Positions 63,503 to 64,000 of a stretch of DNA of 64,000 nucleotides are shown here, piece after piece (within the stretch, counting starts at the first letter, position 1; each line of letters starts with the position of its first letter). The translations under genes and the position numbers were made by a program. Origin of the DNA: a virus; the IMG/VR virus record IMGVR_UViG_3300043449_000492, positions 96,001-160,000 of that record, one strand, 5' to 3'. Under the pieces are notes generated by a model. It searched no databases. It had not been told where the DNA came from and was given only the letters and a program-made list of their open reading frames with translations.

Positions 63503-64000
63503 ATGTCAGAACTATGTAAGAAAATATTTCCACACGAAGATCCAGTTAATCTAAATAAGTTCTTTGGTGATCCTCGTGGTAGTAACGGACAAGTAAGTAG
63601 AAAGTGGTATGCAGAGAACATCGTTAAGTGGACTCCACCTTATCCTCTATTCTATTCAGATGGTAAGAAAACACCACTAAGAACTCTCTTGCTTCACAAG
63701 AAGGTTATTGCTGTTTACACTTCAGCGTTTGAGGAAGTAAAAGCGAACTTCACACCAGCAGAGATTAAAGAGAATCATCTTGATATCTGCGCTGGCACAT
63801 TTAACTATCGTCCAATGAGAGGCGGCTCAAGACTATCAGTTCATTCTTGGGGCATTGCTATTGATATCGATCCTGCAAGAAATCCATTCCCTTCTACTTG
63901 GAGAGAGGGAATGTTAAATCATGAGTTTGCTGATATATTAGAGAAGCATGGTCTATGGTGGAGAGGTCGTCCAGGTGATAGGGACCCAATGCACTTTCAA
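63503..64000 (+). CDS. Peptidase M15 family (L-Ala-D-Glu/D,D-peptidase-like, endolysin-like), 3' truncated
   Basis: My translation gives GTFNYRPMRGGSRLSVHSWGIAIDID ... RDPMHFQ; AGGAG RBS. Confidence 0.85.
   Translation, partial: MSELCKKIFPHEDPVNLNKFFGDPRGSNGQVSRKWYAENIVKWTPPYPLFYSDGKKTPLRTLLLHKKVIAVYTSAFEEVKANFTPAEIKENHLDICAGTFNYRPMRGGSRLSVHSWGIAIDIDPARNPFPSTWREGMLNHEFADILEKHGLWWRGRPGDRDPMHFQ

Noticed and set aside
1-64000. CRISPR array, rRNA, integrase, IS element or intron-split core gene
   Set aside because: No regularly spaced repeats or such genes were seen; gp43, gp41 and uvsX are uninterrupted.

Overview
A 64-kb segment of a large T4-like myovirus genome, almost entirely on the + strand. 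The host is probably an alphaproteobacterium, because tRNA-His has G1:U72/A73 and no G-1, and several accessory genes are rhizobial in style. In order, the window holds: (1) a cytosine-modification trio (asparagine-synthetase-like C-terminus, C5-methyltransferase with motif X GRMV instead of GNxV, CmoA-like enzyme); (2) early genes with sigma70 promoters, including a CobT/CobS-like VWA-MoxR pair; (3) the T4 replication core (dNMP kinase, gp45, DsbA, gp44, gp62, RegA, dUTPase, gp43, UvsX, gp40, gp41), interrupted by a nuclease+Dam cassette, a 13-gene glycan-biosynthesis island, lysis genes and an acyl-CoA dehydrogenase; (4) a cluster of 25 tRNAs covering all 20 amino acids, interleaved with an HNH endonuclease, an anticodon-less Ala-identity mini-tRNA and several structured ncRNA candidates; (5) accessory genes (SpeD, Dps, RlpA, deaminase); (6) a late block of putative capsid-packaged, protease-processed proteins with repeated EEQIDE-type motifs, ending in a truncated M15 peptidase. 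All calls come from reading the sequence and recognising motifs; no database searches were run.
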